Shown piece after piece: positions 34,028-43,427 of a DNA stretch of 64,000 bases. The DNA comes from Bacillota bacterium (GTDB lineage: Bacteria; Bacillota; UBA994). Below the pieces are notes generated by a model. That model was given only the letters and a program-made list of their open reading frames with translations, made no database searches and had not been told where the DNA came from. The position numbers and the translations under genes are program-made. The stretch covers positions 169,721 through 233,720 of the forward strand of contig JAGXTJ010000055.1 in assembly GCA_018333655.1 (NCBI GenBank), given 5' to 3'. Positions within the stretch are counted from its first letter, which is position 1. Every line of letters begins with the position of its first letter.

Positions 34028-34702
34028 TTAACCCCTTCCTATCTCTGATCTTATCCAGTCCAGCCAAACATTCATTCCTTGCCCAGTCCTCGCCGATATC
34101 GGCATGATCTTAATCTTAGGGTTCAGTTTTAGCACAGCTTGTTCTAAAAGTAACAAGTTGAAATCAAAAAACGGCGCGACATCTACCTTGCTTATCAGCA
34201 GCACATCTACTTTTGTAAAAATGGCTGGATACTTTAAAGGTTTGTCATCGCCTTCTGGAATACTGAGAATCGCGACATTGCGCATCGCCCCCGTGTCATA
34301 CCCTGCCGGACAGATGAGATTGCCGATATTTTCAATGAAGATTAGGTCTAGGTCTTCGCATCCAAGCTCATCTAGCCCCGTTTTAACCATTGTCGCGTCC
34401 ACATGGCAGAGCCCGCCCGTGTGCATCTGCACGGCCTTACCCCCCGCAGCTTCTACAGCCCGCGCATCTACATCAGAATCGACATCGGCCTCAATGACAC
34501 CAATGCGCATCTTCGTGCGCAGCGCCTGTATAGTGCTTACAATAGCCTCTGTCTTGCCGCTCCCTGGCGATGACATGATGTTGATCATAAAGACATTTTT
34601 TGCTCGCAGTCTGGCCCGCGTTGCTTCTGCCACTAGCTTATTGTCCTCATACAAACCTTTCTTCACCGTAAAAACTTTTGGCCCTTCGATACTATTCACC
34701 AC
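34028..34702 (-). CDS. hypB: Nickel-insertion GTPase HypB
   Basis: P-loop SSPGSGKT, CHVDA, ENIGNLICPA and DDKPLKYP motifs. Confidence 0.85.
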   Translation of the reverse strand: MVNSIEGPKVFTVKKGLYEDNKLVAEATRARLRAKNVFMINIMSSPGSGKTEAIVSTIQALRTKMRIGVIEADVDSDVDARAVEAAGGKAVQMHTGGLCHVDATMVKTGLDELGCEDLDLIFIENIGNLICPAGYDTGAMRNVAILSIPEGDDKPLKYPAIFTKVDVLLISKVDVAPFFDFNLLLLEQAVLKLNPKIKIMPISARTGQGMNVWLDWIRSEIGRG

Positions 34703-34954
34703 CTTGTTTTGGCCTGATTATAACAAGGCCCTAGTGGCCATTCAATCTACCCCAGAGCGGTCGCAAACAGAACAAATTACTTTGGCGTACTGTTTACAGC
34801 CCCCATCTCACCGACTCCCCGCACAACTTATGCTGTGCTGCCCCAAAAAATAGGCTGCGCTGTGTTAACACTTCGCAAAAGTAAAATTTCTTTTCTTTTC
34901 GCTAATTCAACGCGGGAGTCACGTGAGAATGTCGCAGACTGAGGTGGTAGCTAC

Positions 34955-35950
34955 GTGTCTAAGTTCAGCAGCGAAATAAAATTGACGATCATTCAAGAGG
35001 CCTTGCGGCATGGCATCTCGGTCACTTGCCGCCGACACAGCATCTCGCGCACCTTGTTTTACCGTTGGCTAAGAAGGTACCAGGAACATGGCCTGCAGGG
35101 CCTCGATTCTGTGCGAGCGGCCTGCCCACCCCACAACAAGACCGCCCGAGCCACTGTGGACAATCTACTCGCCCTGCTCAAGAAGAACCCCCGCCTAGGG
35201 CCGCGTGAGCTCAAGTATCGCCTAGAGAGTATCGGCTGCCACCTTAGTGAGTCCGCGGTCTACAATATCTTGAAACGACATGAGCTGACACGTAGAAAGG
35301 CACGCCTCAGGTACTCGCGTGGCATTCACCCACCAAGAAGCGCAGAGCCACCCCCTCTAGAAGAAATCCAAGTTGGCGAGTGCTGGCTTATGTGGGCGAC
35401 ACCTTTCGGTCGCCATGACGGCATAGGAGAGGTGTACGAGTACACCGTTCTTGACTACAAAAGCCGCGTCGCCTGCTCGCGCGTGCACAGTACTTTCTTG
35501 GGCGGACATAGCGAAAATTTGCTCAGCGCGGTGGCACTTCCTATTGCACAATGCTTAGATTTCGAGCTCAAGCACTTCGTTTTCATGGACACCTGTGGGA
35601 TGAAGGATAGTGACAGCAGGGACTTAATGTCACATGTGCAGGATATTTTACACAGCTCCGGCCTGAATGTCGCCCTGTATCGGCATGTCAAGCATAAGCC
35701 CCTACCAGAACTAGATGCAGTACGCGAGGCCTACACCAGAAATCTATCTGCGACACTCATACCACACTTGCTCGCGGTGCGCTCATTGCCAGAAGTGCGT
35801 TTAGCAGTGCAGCAGTTTCTACGCCGCTACAATTTTAGAGACCAGCTTGAATATGAGCACGCCACTTGCTCTCCCCTTGAATATGTGACTAAGACCACGG
35901 GCATCGCGCCCATACTGCCGCTCTGGGCTTACATCGACCGAGTCTACTAG
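34955..35950 (+). mobile_element. IS481-like transposase homolog (HTH + degenerate DDE/rve domain), possibly inactive or domesticated
   Basis: N-terminal HTH (SRTLFYRWLRRYQEHGLQGL; LGPRELKYRL...SAVYNILKRH). In the core, WLMWATPF has Ala where IS481 enzymes carry the first catalytic Asp, while FMDTCG retains the second. GTG start with a GAGGTGG SD. I found no terminal inverted repeats. Confidence 0.55.
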
Positions 35951-35961
35951 GAGGTGGACAT

Positions 35962-37158
35962 ATGCGGATAGCTGTCATCGGCGGAGGCTTTAGCGGCCTG
36001 CTTGCCGCCTACTTACTCGAGCAAAAGGGTATCAAAACCACTGTCTTTGAGCGCGAAGATAACCTTGGCGGCCACTGCCAAACCCTGGTCAGCAAGAACT
36101 TTCGGGTGGAACTTGGCACCGCCTTTTTTCTTAACGACCACATTAAGGAGCTGCTCGCAGAGCTCGATGTCAGCTACACTGCTCGCCACAGTTACCGAGA
36201 CTTTGTCGACAAGAGCTACGCCCGCGTCCCCTTGCTGCCGGAGCACGAAATCGCTCTCCTCATGTCCGAGCTAGCGCGACTTGAAGTCTTGTTGACCAAG
36301 TACGGTGGCTTTGATGGCGAGACTACCTACGGCTATGTACACGAGGACCTAAATGTGCCCTTGAGTGAGTTCTTATCCGGCCACGATTTTAAAGCCGTGC
36401 ACCGCGTTATAGCTCCGCACCTCTCGGCCTATGGCTTTGGCAGCATCGACGAAGTACAAGCTTACTACGCGCTTAATGCCTTCGACCTTAGGACCATCAA
36501 CCAATTTATGCGCGGCGAAAAGCTCCTTTTCATCAATGAGGGAACTGCAGATATCATTGCGAAATTGAGCTGCCACATTACCGACATCCGCTACACCGAG
36601 GTCAGTGGCATCGCGCCGCAGGGCGGCAGAGTACAGGTTAGCACTGCCTACGGCATAGACACCTTCGACAAGGTGCTCATATCTACGGTGGTGTCCCCTA
36701 CTGCCATCCAAGATGAACCGGCTCGCGCGTTCATGCAAAGGCTAAGCACCAATGACTACGTGTCTTGTGCCTTTGAGATCGCCAACAAGAATCGAGTGAC
36801 CACCTACTACCTCGACAATCTGGGCCAGCAAAATGCACTGCAATTTTTTCACGCCTACAAACAAAAAGAGCGCACCATTGCCGTGGCCTATGCATACGGC
36901 CTCCTAGACCAACACTTTATCACCGCTATCCACCACGAACTGCAGGCCTCGGGCATAGTCGTAAAGCATCTCATCGCGGCCAGGCAGTGGCGCATCTTCC
37001 CCCACCTAAAAAAGGAGGCCCTGCACGGAGCTACCTACACAGATATTACCCAACAAAAAGAGAGCCGACCTATCTACTTCATCGGCTCCCTAATCACCAA
37101 ACCCTCAATCTCCCACCTCTACTTGTCGGTAAAGGGCTTCGTCGAGCAGACATTCTAG
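35962..37158 (+). CDS. FAD/NAD(P)-binding oxidoreductase (amine-oxidase/protoporphyrinogen-oxidase-like fold)
   Basis: MRIAVIGGGFSGLLAAYLLEQKG...EREDNLGGHC dinucleotide-binding motif. Starts 11 nt after the IS481-like stop, with an AGGAGGTGG SD. Confidence 0.75.
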   Translation: MRIAVIGGGFSGLLAAYLLEQKGIKTTVFEREDNLGGHCQTLVSKNFRVELGTAFFLNDHIKELLAELDVSYTARHSYRDFVDKSYARVPLLPEHEIALLMSELARLEVLLTKYGGFDGETTYGYVHEDLNVPLSEFLSGHDFKAVHRVIAPHLSAYGFGSIDEVQAYYALNAFDLRTINQFMRGEKLLFINEGTADIIAKLSCHITDIRYTEVSGIAPQGGRVQVSTAYGIDTFDKVLISTVVSPTAIQDEPARAFMQRLSTNDYVSCAFEIANKNRVTTYYLDNLGQQNALQFFHAYKQKERTIAVAYAYGLLDQHFITAIHHELQASGIVVKHLIAARQWRIFPHLKKEALHGATYTDITQQKESRPIYFIGSLITKPSISHLYLSVKGFVEQTF

Positions 37159-37171
37159 CGCCGCGTTACCC

Positions 37172-37903
37172 CTACTCGCCAAAGTAGGGAACCCGCCCAT
37201 CTTCAGGAGTCACTGACCACAGTGCGACAAGCTCTCCATACTTGGCGAGTGCTGCATGGCCTATATCAGTCAGCGCATATATCCCTCGCCCCATGCGCTT
37301 AAACCACCCATAGACGTTGCGATACAGAGTCGCCCAAGTCTTAGGATTCATGGTGAATTTACGTAGCTGCGCTGCCGTCAAGGGCCCATGCATCGATAAC
37401 AGATGAGCCAAGCGCAAGGCGTGCTCACGGTAGGCCGTCATAATCTCTTGCCCTGAAGTGCCTGCCGTGTTTAGATCGAGACTACGTTGAGACGCTTCTA
37501 TGCCCATCGCCTTTCGGGCCTTGGAATTACGCCGTCCCGTGAACGGCTGCGGAGACAGTGCCAGCTCTACTTGCGGAGGACTGCAAAAAGGATCGACTAA
37601 CAATAACCCCAGCTCCAGTCTACGCAAGAGCTGCAGCACTCCCCTCCAGCGACCAGACTTCGTGCCGCGTTGCGGCCTAAACACAGCAACATACACCGCG
37701 TCCGCTACTTGCTGACGCCTGGTGGCTTGAACTAAGGCGTGGAGCCCCAGGGTAAGCTTAAGCTCTACGGCTACTAGTTCTTCTCCGCGCATGGCCACAA
37801 GGTCGCAGTTCTTTACCTCCGTACGCACGGAATAGCCTAGCTTGTGCCAGTATTCCACAATCGGTATGGAAAGGTCGCTTTCCTTCAGTTTGCTACGCAT
37901 CAT
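37172..37903 (-). CDS. PD-(D/E)xK + wHTH protein (DUF2161-like), copy 2
   Basis: Paralog of 21857-22552. Start set at MMRSKLKESD by homology. The tracked ORF's 43-aa N-terminal extension runs through the junction motif and is probably spurious. Confidence 0.6.
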   Translation of the reverse strand: MMRSKLKESDLSIPIVEYWHKLGYSVRTEVKNCDLVAMRGEELVAVELKLTLGLHALVQATRRQQVADAVYVAVFRPQRGTKSGRWRGVLQLLRRLELGLLLVDPFCSPPQVELALSPQPFTGRRNSKARKAMGIEASQRSLDLNTAGTSGQEIMTAYREHALRLAHLLSMHGPLTAAQLRKFTMNPKTWATLYRNVYGWFKRMGRGIYALTDIGHAALAKYGELVALWSVTPEDGRVPYFGE

Positions 37904-37968
37904 ATCTCCCTTTCCATCTAAACCGCCTGCGGTTTGGCAAGCGAAAAGTATCGGTGGATTGACAGTAT

Positions 37969-38003
37969 CTCTCGCCAAGCAGTAGGCTCCGTCCCTAGCG
38001 CAA
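37969..38003 (+). repeat. Junction motif copy 4
   Basis: CTCTCGCCAAGCAGTAGGCTCCGTCCCTAGCGCAA read directly. Confidence 0.8.
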
Positions 38004-38032
38004 CAAGATGCTCGGCTCGCAGGACTAAGCAA

Positions 38033-38052
38033 CAGACGGAGCCTGTTGCTTG
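38033..38052 (-). repeat. Junction motif copy (inverted orientation), forming an inverted pair with copy 4
   Basis: CAGACGGAGCCTGTTGCTTG is the reverse complement of the core, with one base missing. Confidence 0.7.
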
Positions 38053-38072
38053 CCTGTTGACACTTTCTGCTA

Positions 38073-38492
38073 CTAGATAGTGTCTTTGTAGTAGTTTTCT
38101 ACTGCTTCGCGCAACCCATTGGCCTTGAAGATGCGGTTGTCGTACTCGTGCTCCCACATAAATATCTCTGTCTCCTTAACGCCGTCTCCAGTGATAGGGT
38201 AGCCAAAATAATCCCCACATCCGTTACCAGCCACAAATAACAAGCAGTCAAGCGGCATCCAGGCGGTTACGCTGCGCAGCCTTAGATTAACATCAACGAT
38301 CTGCCGACATGATAACAAGAAGTAATTGTCGCCATCAACTTGCCTAAGCATCTCTACTAAATCGGACGGAAAACGAATGCCTAGTGCTCTCTCGGCTGCT
38401 AGGATGTCGCTATTGTCCGCTGGCGGGTTTAGCTTTACGTTCGGATTACCAGCCGCGGCCTTTAGCACACATTGTCTCCACATGATTATCAC
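38073..38492 (-). CDS. SMI1/KNR4 family protein, copy 3
   Basis: 139 aa, collinear with copies 1 and 2. Confidence 0.8.
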   Translation of the reverse strand: MIIMWRQCVLKAAAGNPNVKLNPPADNSDILAAERALGIRFPSDLVEMLRQVDGDNYFLLSCRQIVDVNLRLRSVTAWMPLDCLLFVAGNGCGDYFGYPITGDGVKETEIFMWEHEYDNRIFKANGLREAVENYYKDTI

Positions 38493-38534
38493 CTTGCCTT
38501 TACAGCTAAAACTAGTAACGCTTACACCCGCCGA

Positions 38535-38711
38535 TTAAGACAGCAGGGTCAAACTCCGCGTCGTGACTAAGCAGCCGCCAGTCCGCAGTTCATCTGTCAG
38601 CTCATTGGCCACCCACCACGTGTTGCCAGTTCCAGAGAAGTAGAAGATAGCTACCCTATCTACTGTCTTTTCGTCATCGGACACGAAATCCACCCTATGC
38701 GTACGCTCCAT
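38535..38711 (-). pseudogene. N-terminal remnant (58 codons) of an EFR1-type ferredoxin/flavodoxin
   Basis: My translation: MERTHRVDFVSDDEKTVDRVAIFYFSGTGNTWWVANELTDELRTGGCLV... then stop. The YFSGTGNT flavodoxin-like motif matches the intact gene at 43428-44195. A GAGGAGG SD is retained. Confidence 0.55.
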
Positions 38712-38930
38712 CTACTTCTCCTCCTCGATTGCCGGTCTGTATATGGCCAAAGAGGCCTTGGCCATCTCAAGTAGAGCTTGATACGGGTCGCCTAGCAAAC
38801 CAAAATGCTTGGCGAATGTTGGCTCAGTCATGTGCAGGTATGCGTTCTGTCGTTCGACGGGGAGTGCTTGCCCAAAAATCTCCACCGGAAATTCGCCAAA
38901 GTTGAATCTTCAGATGGTTGTCGGCAACCC
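38695..38930 (-). pseudogene. DUF4269-like fragment, second copy, with an internal deletion
   Basis: Nucleotide homology to 24432-24760, but about 80 bp (24581-24660 in copy 1) are missing between GGCTCAGTC and ATGTGCAGG. Confidence 0.5.
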
Positions 38931-38953
38931 TTGCACCTGCTCCACTTGCTACA

Positions 38954-40747
38954 TCACGCCACAGCAAATTGACTGTTGTAAAGCTCCGCGTAGAATCCGC
39001 CCTTGTCCATAAGCTCATCGTGCTTACCGCTCTCGACAATGTCTCCGTCATTTAGGACCAAGATCAAGTCGGCATTTCTTATCGTTGACAGGCGGTGAGC
39101 GATAACAAATGAAGTCCGCCCTTGCATCAACATATCCATAGCCTGCTGAATATGCAGCTCAGTTCGTGTATCAATAGAGCTTGTAGCTTCATCCAAAATC
39201 AACATGGGGGCATCGTCAATCATGGCCCTGGCGATAGCAATCTGTTGCCGTTGCCCCATGGAGAGGTTTACTTTATCACTGAGAGCGGTATCGTAGCCAT
39301 TTGGCAAGGTGCGAATGAAGTGATGCAGCCCGACAGCTTTGCACGCCCTCTCCACTGCCTCATCCGACACATTTTGTTTGTTGTAGATGACATTCTCCTT
39401 TATAGTTCCATCGAAGAGCCAGGTATCCTGCAACACCATACAAAAAAGGGAACGAACATGCTCTCTGGTCATCCGACTAGTGGGTACGCCATCGATCAAA
39501 ATTTCACCCTCATTGACTTCATTAAAGCGCATGAGCAGATTGACAAGTGTTGTTTTACCCGCACCCGTTGGGCCGACAATGGCCACCTTCTGCCCGCGTA
39601 CCGCCTTGGCCGAAAAGTCCTTGATGATGACCTTGCCGGTGTGCTCGTAGCTGAAGTTTACCTTCCTAAACTCCACCGTGCCAGCAGCCGCCACAACGGC
39701 ATCTCTTGTTTCGCCTTGATCTGCCATTTCTTCTGCGCCAAGGAATTCAAAAATCCGCTCACTTGCCGCTGCTGCGACCTGCAAACCCTGTGCTAGCTGC
39801 GCAATTTGAGTTAGAGGTTGGGTGAAGAAACGGATGTAGAGCAAAAAGGCAACTATATCCCCTAAGGATGTATGGCCACCTAGGGCTAAGGCTGCACCCA
39901 CTACGATGACCGCAACATAGCCTATATTTTCTACAAAACTCATGATCGGCATCATCAGCCCCGAAAGAAACTGAGCCTTAAAGGCACTTCGCTCTAAATG
40001 GGCATTCTGTTCCGCAAAGACTTGAGACATCTGCTTCTCGGCATTGTATGCCTTGACGATGGTATGGGCTGTGAATGTTTCTTCGATATGGCCGTTTATT
40101 ATGCCAAGGTACTTTTGCTGGCCGTCAAAGTGCTTTTGCGACACTTTCATGATGGCCATCATGATGCCAAACCCGAAGGCGACCGAAGCAACTGCCGCCA
40201 CCGTCATTATCCAATTCATCAGTAGCATCATGACAAGAGCACCCACGAGCATGGTCAATGACGCGATAAGAGTCGTCAGGCTTTGATTTAAGTTGTTCCC
40301 TAGCGCGTCTACATCGTTGGTGATGCGCGACAAGGTGTCGCCTGTTGTGTTCTTGCTAAAAAACCACATGGGCAGCCGGTTAATTTTTTGGGCAAGATCT
40401 TGGCGCATCCGTTGCGACAATTTTTGCGTTACCGTGGCCATGATCTGCCCTTGCAAGGCCCACAAAACGGCGCTAGCAAAGTAAATTACGACCAAACTGA
40501 ACCCTATTGATGTTACCCGACCAATATCAACTGAAGTCATCAGTCCCGCTGTTATCAAGTCAGTGAGCGCCGCTAGCCTATCTGGGCCAACTAACGAAAG
40601 TATCGTTCCGGTAATGGCCGCCATGACAGCTAGTGAGATTTGGGGCAGAAATTTGCGTGTATAGGCGAGCAATAATCTCACTGTTTTCTTGGTGTCTTTC
40701 GCCTTCGCAAAACTGCCTGCTCCATCAAACATCGTGAAATCAGGCAT
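38954..40747 (-). CDS. ABC transporter permease/ATP-binding protein (exporter half-transporter)
   Basis: Walker A GPTGAGKTT, signature LSMGQRQ, Walker B ILILDEATS, preceded by a six-TM domain. Start uncertain: ATG at 40747, or GTG at 40807 overlapping the upstream stop. Confidence 0.85.
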   Translation of the reverse strand: MPDFTMFDGAGSFAKAKDTKKTVRLLLAYTRKFLPQISLAVMAAITGTILSLVGPDRLAALTDLITAGLMTSVDIGRVTSIGFSLVVIYFASAVLWALQGQIMATVTQKLSQRMRQDLAQKINRLPMWFFSKNTTGDTLSRITNDVDALGNNLNQSLTTLIASLTMLVGALVMMLLMNWIMTVAAVASVAFGFGIMMAIMKVSQKHFDGQQKYLGIINGHIEETFTAHTIVKAYNAEKQMSQVFAEQNAHLERSAFKAQFLSGLMMPIMSFVENIGYVAVIVVGAALALGGHTSLGDIVAFLLYIRFFTQPLTQIAQLAQGLQVAAAASERIFEFLGAEEMADQGETRDAVVAAAGTVEFRKVNFSYEHTGKVIIKDFSAKAVRGQKVAIVGPTGAGKTTLVNLLMRFNEVNEGEILIDGVPTSRMTREHVRSLFCMVLQDTWLFDGTIKENVIYNKQNVSDEAVERACKAVGLHHFIRTLPNGYDTALSDKVNLSMGQRQQIAIARAMIDDAPMLILDEATSSIDTRTELHIQQAMDMLMQGRTSFVIAHRLSTIRNADLILVLNDGDIVESGKHDELMDKGGFYAELYNSQFAVA

Positions 40748-40799
40748 GCCAAGCGAATCAGAGGACGTACTGTCTGTCTCGCGCTCTGTGAAACCTTCG

Positions 40800-42581
40800 T
40801 TAGTCACCTGCCAATTCCTCCCTTGAAAGCTGAGAATATGCAATCTCCTGGTACACGGGGCAATTTTGCAAGAGTTCGTGGTGCGTACCGATGCCGGCAA
40901 TCCTGCCTTCTTCTAAAACAATTATTTTATCTGCCTCTTTGACGGTCCCTATGCGCTGACCAACAATGAAGATGGTTGTTCCCACCGCAGCTTTCTTTAG
41001 TTCGCTACGTAGCATCCTATCTGTTTTATAATCTAACGCCGAAAAGCTGTCGTCAAAAATCAGTATCTCCGGCTTTTTCGCTATGGCCCGCGCAATCGAA
41101 ATGCGTTGTTTTTGTCCACCAGAGAAAGTACTACCTCCTGGAGCAACATCGCTGTCATACCCACTCGCCATGCTCTCCACAAATTCCGTTGCTTGTGCAG
41201 CGGCCACTGCCGAGACAATATCCTCTCGCTTAATTTCACCGTTACCGTTCGCACCAAAGGCGACGTTAGAGGAGATGGTCCCGCTTAGAAGAATTGCCTT
41301 TTGGCCTACATAACCTATCTTGTCACGCAGTGACGCCTGCATATAATCCTTGACATTTACGTCCGCTACTAGGATCGCCCCTGCGGTGACATCAAAAAAC
41401 CTAGGAATAAGATTAACAATCGTGCTTTTTCCACAACCCGTGGCGCCAATAAAGGCCACGGTTTCTCCTTTGTGGGCTTTGAAGCTGATATCTTTAAGAA
41501 CATAATCCTCCGCATCCGGATATTTAAAGCTCACATCCCTGAATTCGACCTCGCCGATTTTCGCGCCGTGCGCCCCAATCAACTTCCCATCTAAAATTGT
41601 TGGCTCAGTTTCCAGAACCTCATTGATGCGCTTGGCTGCTACACTAGCGCGAGGAAGCATCATAAAAATCATCACTAGCAACATAAACGCTACTAGTAGC
41701 TGAATGGAATAGAATGAAAATGCCATCATGTCGGAAAACAGAGCGAGTCTTTGCGCCCCCACCGTTGCGGCAATTAAGACGGCACCAATCCAAAACGCGG
41801 ATAAAGTCAAGCCGTTCATGAGCAGCTCAATGCATGGCCATAGGTAGGCCATTAAACGGTTAGTGTGCAAATTTGTTCGTGCGAGGGCCCTGTTTGACCT
41901 GGCAAATTTGGCCTCTTGAAAGGCCTCGGCATTATAGGCCCGTACAACGCGAATACCCGTCAACTGCTCCCGCGAAACTCGGTTAAGGTCATCTGTTTGC
42001 TCCTGCAATAGTCTAAATTTAGGAATAGCAAGGCCAATGAACAGTGTCGATATTATGACTAAGGCGGCGACGGCAAGGCCAGTTGCGGCTGACCATTGCC
42101 AACTCATGTCCATAATTTTAATTGTTGCCCATACGGCCAAGATGGGAGACCGGGCAAGAATCTGTAACCCGACCATCATCAGTCCCTGCACCTGCGCAAC
42201 ATCATTGGTTGACCTAGTTATCAAGCTAGAAACCGTAAAATCATTGACTTCTTTCGTAGAGAAAGACTGCACCCGATTGTATATGTTCGCTCGCAGCCGT
42301 GCCGCCAGACTAGAGGAGATACGTGCTGCCAATCCGGCCACAACTACGGCCATAACAACACTCCCTAGCGTTATCAGCAACATCGCCCTGCCAGCACTGA
42401 TAATTTCGCTCATTGCCGTGCCAGGCGTCTGCACTAGCCGCGTAATCTGCCCCATGCGCTCAGGTAGTGATAAATCCAACCAGACCTGCAAGATAATGAG
42501 CACGAGACTTGTAATGACAAGTCCCCACTCTTTGTTGCTAAGGTATTTAAGAATTTTTAGCAAAGGTGCTCCCCCATTCAT
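40800..42581 (-). CDS. ABC transporter permease/ATP-binding protein (partner half-transporter)
   Basis: Walker A GATGCGKST, signature FSGGQKQR, Walker B ILIFDDSFS. ATG at 42581 preferred over the TTG at 42626. Confidence 0.85.
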   Translation of the reverse strand: MNGGAPLLKILKYLSNKEWGLVITSLVLIILQVWLDLSLPERMGQITRLVQTPGTAMSEIISAGRAMLLITLGSVVMAVVVAGLAARISSSLAARLRANIYNRVQSFSTKEVNDFTVSSLITRSTNDVAQVQGLMMVGLQILARSPILAVWATIKIMDMSWQWSAATGLAVAALVIISTLFIGLAIPKFRLLQEQTDDLNRVSREQLTGIRVVRAYNAEAFQEAKFARSNRALARTNLHTNRLMAYLWPCIELLMNGLTLSAFWIGAVLIAATVGAQRLALFSDMMAFSFYSIQLLVAFMLLVMIFMMLPRASVAAKRINEVLETEPTILDGKLIGAHGAKIGEVEFRDVSFKYPDAEDYVLKDISFKAHKGETVAFIGATGCGKSTIVNLIPRFFDVTAGAILVADVNVKDYMQASLRDKIGYVGQKAILLSGTISSNVAFGANGNGEIKREDIVSAVAAAQATEFVESMASGYDSDVAPGGSTFSGGQKQRISIARAIAKKPEILIFDDSFSALDYKTDRMLRSELKKAAVGTTIFIVGQRIGTVKEADKIIVLEEGRIAGIGTHHELLQNCPVYQEIAYSQLSREELAGD

Positions 42582-42629
42582 TCCGTCAATCGAACCCCAA
42601 CCCTGAGCCGCTTGACATGAACTCAAATG

Positions 42630-43220
42630 CTAGGCCCGTGTTCCTCGCACGAAAATCTCTAAACAATCATGCCAAGCCTCTTTAGACGACTCTCGGGTAG
42701 AATCTACGCTAAAGAGATGCTCTTCCTCATAGAGCCCCACCCAAATTCCTAAAAACATCTTGGCCGCAACTCGCGCGTCAAACTTGCGTACAATGTTTTT
42801 CTCCTGCAGCTCTGCTAAGTAGGATGCTAAGAGTGCGCTACTGTTGTCAACTAGCGCAATGTAAATCCGCTCCATAAGTTCGCTGTGCCGCTGATGCTCC
42901 ATGTGCAATATCTTGATTAAAGCCTCATTTTCCCGCAGACCCGCCACGAAAAACTCTGCGATCGCCAGCAGCGCCTGTTCGTACTCTAATTCTTTCGCTT
43001 GGGCCACGAACTCGGCAAACCTAGGACCCGGCAAGGACTTGCACACCACCTCCTCGAAAAGCTTCTCTTTGGTAGGAAAGTGCCTGAACAGAGTAACTTC
43101 AGTCACTTGAGCAAGTCCGGCTATCTGCCGCGTGGTCGCAGCAGCATACCCTTGGCTCGAGAAAAGCCCCAACGCCGCCCGCAAAATGCGATTTCGCGTC
43201 TCATCCAACCCCAACACCAC
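42630..43220 (-). CDS. TetR/AcrR family transcriptional regulator
   Basis: N-terminal HTH: RNRILRAALGLFSSQGYAAATTRQIAGLAQVTEVTLFRHFPTKEKL. Confidence 0.85.
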   Translation of the reverse strand: MVLGLDETRNRILRAALGLFSSQGYAAATTRQIAGLAQVTEVTLFRHFPTKEKLFEEVVCKSLPGPRFAEFVAQAKELEYEQALLAIAEFFVAGLRENEALIKILHMEHQRHSELMERIYIALVDNSSALLASYLAELQEKNIVRKFDARVAAKMFLGIWVGLYEEEHLFSVDSTRESSKEAWHDCLEIFVRGTRA

Positions 43221-43230
43221 CCCTATTAAA

Positions 43231-43246
43231 GTAAGTAAGCACTTAC
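43231..43246. promoter_or_regulatory. Palindrome GTAAGTAAGCACTTAC just upstream of the TetR gene; candidate operator
   Basis: Perfect 6-bp arms (GTAAGT/ACTTAC) with a 4-nt spacer, extendable to 7/8 matches. Its position fits TetR autoregulation. Confidence 0.3.
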
Positions 43247-43316
43247 ATTGTAGGAGTTGAACACGGCTCTGTCAAGGTAGGATTCTCTTTTTTTTCCGCC
43301 ACGCGCTAAAAGAAGC

Positions 43317-43354
43317 GGACGCAGGCTCATCCCACCGGGGACTGCCCTGCGTCC
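43317..43354 (-). terminator. Hairpin downstream of the EFR1 ferredoxin gene
   Basis: GGACGCAGG ... CCTGCGTCC, a 9-bp stem with a 20-nt loop, followed on the minus strand by GCTTCTTTT. Confidence 0.4.
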
Positions 43355-43427
43355 AAAATATGTGTCACGTTTTCACCTTGCCATAGACGACTCAGCGCGT
43401 TAGGCGGTTACAAAAGCCCTTTACGTC

